A stretch of 64,000 nt of DNA from an uncultured Aliarcobacter sp. (GTDB taxonomy: Bacteria; Campylobacterota; Campylobacteria; Campylobacterales; Arcobacteraceae), in contig CAXXLV010000001.1 in NCBI GenBank assembly GCA_963664305.2, positions 96,001-160,000 of the forward strand. Direction: 5' to 3'. The translations under genes were made by a program, and so were the position numbers. Of this stretch, positions 61,285 through 64,000 are shown one piece after another (the first letter of the stretch is position 1; each line of letters opens with the position of its first letter). The notes under the pieces are model-generated. The model searched no databases and was not told the DNA's origin. It was given only the letters and a program-made list of their open reading frames with translations.

Positions 61285-63290
61285 CTTTTATTAATAAGCT
61301 CCAAAAGTTCTGTCTTAAAACCTTCAATTACTTCAATTGAACCATATTTACTTAAATGATGAGAATCGGAATAAATAAGATGTCTTTTTTTATCAAGATT
61401 ATTACAAATATCATCTTTACATAAAACTTTTGAAGGATCAAAGAAAATAAACTTTTTAGTTCTATTTGATGCCTCTTCTAAATAATTATTAAACTCTTTT
61501 ATCTCAGTTGTTAAAGAAGAAGTAAAGTTTTTTTCTAAGTCTTTATTATTACTAAAAATTGGATTAGGTCTACTAAAAATATCATATAAATTTTTACCTG
61601 CTTCTGGTACTTGTCCTATTATAATTAATTTTCTATCTCCAATCATTTCTTTTAATTTATAGATACCTTCTAATATATCATCATAAGTAACTTTTTTATT
61701 TAACCTAACTTTATTTTCATCTAATAAATCTGCTCTATTAATTTGGCTTAACCACTTAGAAGAGAGAATTAAAACACTACTTTTTGTACCATTCTCTAAA
61801 AACTCAATACCTTGCTTTAAAGCTTTTGAACATATTTCATCCCAATCAATGCCCTTTGTTGTTCTAGTAAAGTTTGGAAGCATAATACAACTTGTTCCTG
61901 AACTACTATATAAATTTAAATTATATGGTTTTGCAATAACTTTGTAAAAACCTTCTAAATAGTGTCTTGCATGAGAATCACCTATTACTACTATATCTGC
62001 TTTGTTTTTGGTTTGAACAGCTCCTGTATAAGGATAACCTTCACCACCATAAAACTTTTTATGAAAATTTTTTGTATCACCTACATTTTCAAAATTTACA
62101 ATACTATTAACTCTCCAACTCCAGCCATTAAAATAATACATACTAAACCCAATTATATTTATAAATAAAAATAGTGATATTAAAATATTTTTTATACTTT
62201 TTTTACTCATATCGACTGTTTTATTTCTAAAAGGTTGTTCTACATACTTATAACTAAGAGTTGCAAAAAATAGACATAAAAAAGTGATAATTAAATTATC
62301 ATATATTGTTACGCTATCTGATATATAATTCCAAATTACAATTATAGGCCAATGAACAAGATATAAAGAATAACTAATCAATCCAATATTTACAAATAGC
62401 TTATTTTCTAAAATAAAACTAAATCTACTATTAATAGATGAATATATAATAAAAGCTGTTCCTAAAATAGGAAGTATAGCACTATAATAAGGGAAAATCA
62501 TATTTTCATCAAAATATAAAATTGAATATAAAATAAAACCTAAGCTTATTAAAAAAAGAATATCATAATAAACTTTTTTTGATAACTTATAATGAATAAA
62601 CCAAACTAAAACTGCACCAAATAAAAACTCAAAAAATCTAAAAGGAAGTAAAAAGAATATTGTTGATTTGCCATCTGAAAATAAATCTTTTGCAAAAGGA
62701 AGAAAATGGTTAATTAATGTAATATTTCCATCTTTAAAAATATATGTAAGTAAAAAAGTGATTAAAAGTACACTAATAAATAAAATAAAAAGTACTGATT
62801 TTCTTTTTATTTTTACTAAAAAGAGTAAAGTAATCGGCCAAATTAAATAAAATTGTTCTTCTATACTTAAAGTCCAAGTATGAAGTAAAGGTTTAACTTT
62901 AGATGAAACATCAAAATAATCAGACTCTACCCAGAAAAAAAAGTTTGAGATACTCAATAAAGAAGTAACTAATGATCCTCCATAACTACTTAAATGAGTT
63001 GGAGAAAAAATAAAACTAACTACAATTGTAGTTATAAATAAAGTAACAAATAGGGCAGGAAACAATCTTCTTATTCTACGAATATAAAAATTCTTAAAAT
63101 TAAAAGAAGAAGTTTCTTCTATCTCTTTTTTAATAATGCTCGTAATGAGAAAACCACTTATTACAAAAAATATATCAACACCTACAAAACCACCACTAAG
63201 ATATTTTGCATCCAAATGAAAAATTAAAACACTTAGAATTGCAATAGCTCTTAAACCATCTATATCTGCTCTATATTTTATATTATTCAA
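61281..63290 (-). CDS. Acyltransferase-3 / SGNH fusion O-acetyltransferase (OafA/OatA type)
   Basis: YRADIDGLRAIA, GGFVGVDIFFVISGFLIT, LHTWTLSIEEQFY; C-terminal GDSHA and DSHH. Confidence 0.93.
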   Translation of the reverse strand: MNNIKYRADIDGLRAIAILSVLIFHLDAKYLSGGFVGVDIFFVISGFLITSIIKKEIEETSSFNFKNFYIRRIRRLFPALFVTLFITTIVVSFIFSPTHLSSYGGSLVTSLLSISNFFFWVESDYFDVSSKVKPLLHTWTLSIEEQFYLIWPITLLFLVKIKRKSVLFILFISVLLITFLLTYIFKDGNITLINHFLPFAKDLFSDGKSTIFFLLPFRFFEFLFGAVLVWFIHYKLSKKVYYDILFLISLGFILYSILYFDENMIFPYYSAILPILGTAFIIYSSINSRFSFILENKLFVNIGLISYSLYLVHWPIIVIWNYISDSVTIYDNLIITFLCLFFATLSYKYVEQPFRNKTVDMSKKSIKNILISLFLFINIIGFSMYYFNGWSWRVNSIVNFENVGDTKNFHKKFYGGEGYPYTGAVQTKNKADIVVIGDSHARHYLEGFYKVIAKPYNLNLYSSSGTSCIMLPNFTRTTKGIDWDEICSKALKQGIEFLENGTKSSVLILSSKWLSQINRADLLDENKVRLNKKVTYDDILEGIYKLKEMIGDRKLIIIGQVPEAGKNLYDIFSRPNPIFSNNKDLEKNFTSSLTTEIKEFNNYLEEASNRTKKFIFFDPSKVLCKDDICNNLDKKRHLIYSDSHHLSKYGSIEVIEGFKTELLELINKR

Positions 63291-63309
63291 TCATTTTCCT
63301 ATTTTAAAC

Positions 63310-64000
63310 TTAATTAATTATATAGTCTAAATATTTATCACCAATTGTCTGCACACTAAACTTTTTTGCATATTCAATTAATTCTAATTTTTTTTCAGAG
63401 CTATTCTCTTTTTTTAACTCTAATATCAATGTTTCAATATATGCTTTTTTATTATTTAATTCTACTAGTTTTCCGTATTTACCATTTTCAAGTATCATTT
63501 TAGGTCCTCCTGGACAATTTGTTGATACTACGGGTGTTCCAGCACTTAATGCTTCAACTAAAACATTACCAAAACCTTCCCATTGAGAAGATAAGGCAAA
63601 TAAAGTTGCTTCACGATAAAAGGGAAAAATATTTTCTTGGAATTCTTCTATTTTAATAAAATTATTCAAATTTAATTCTTCTATTTTTTTTTCTAATTTA
63701 GCTTTTTCACTTCCTTCACCAATTATTACTAATCGTGCATTATTAATTTTTTTAACTACTTCTGCAAAACATTCAATTAAGAAAGTAAAATGTTTTAATT
63801 TATGTAATCTTCCAACAGAAACTACTGTTTTATAATTCTTATTTAAAAGCCATTTATTTGTACACTTCTTTTCTAAAAGTTCCTTATAATCTAAGGGAAG
63901 GACAGGATTTCCTATAACTTTTATTTTATCTTCTTTTATAATATTCTCATTAATTAAGTCCATTTTCGTATCATATGAGTTTGCAATTAAATTCTTTGCT
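63310..64000 (-). CDS. GT4 glycosyltransferase, C-terminal part (start lies beyond the window)
   Basis: Frame stays open from 63963 to the window end (AKNLIANSYDTKMDL...); VGRL, EGFGNVLVEA, NCPGGP. Confidence 0.9.
   Translation of the reverse strand, partial: AKNLIANSYDTKMDLINENIIKEDKIKVIGNPVLPLDYKELLEKKCTNKWLLNKNYKTVVSVGRLHKLKHFTFLIECFAEVVKKINNARLVIIGEGSEKAKLEKKIEELNLNNFIKIEEFQENIFPFYREATLFALSSQWEGFGNVLVEALSAGTPVVSTNCPGGPKMILENGKYGKLVELNNKKAYIETLILELKKENSSEKKLELIEYAKKFSVQTIGDKYLDYIIN

Overview
Very AT-rich chromosomal window of a Campylobacterota bacterium, most likely Arcobacteraceae (inferred from gene content and protein style). Left to right: argJ 5' end, K+ channel and rpmB; an LPS core/ligase locus (1.6-14.5 kb) with no waaC in its usual ppx-htrB slot, carrying instead Acinetobacter-type lpsB/GtrOC1/polysaccharide-deacetylase genes and an oppositely oriented MBOAT+SGNH-like pair; ppx, ferredoxin, IMPase-like gene and gltBD; a TRAP transporter with a nearby Cache sensor kinase and response regulator; a radical SAM gene that appears to start at ATT; an 11 kb signalling block (2 kinases, regulator, soluble MCP + PAS protein, HD-GYP, GGDEF); a five-tRNA operon; a UDP-sugar dehydrogenase; a recombination scar (diverged copy of the pglF 3' end, att-like repeats, iteron-like repeats); and an 18 kb glycan cluster running off the right edge. 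That cluster resembles the Pseudomonas wbpHIJ-LM series but has a PIG-L deacetylase plus an LpxD paralogue inserted. I saw no CRISPR array, rRNA, transposase or integrase. The best candidates for novelty are the deacetylate/re-acylate sugar-tailoring pair, the possibly heptose-free amine-rich core and the scar at 45.5-46.1 kb. All family calls come from motif recognition and recalled homologues; no database searches were run.
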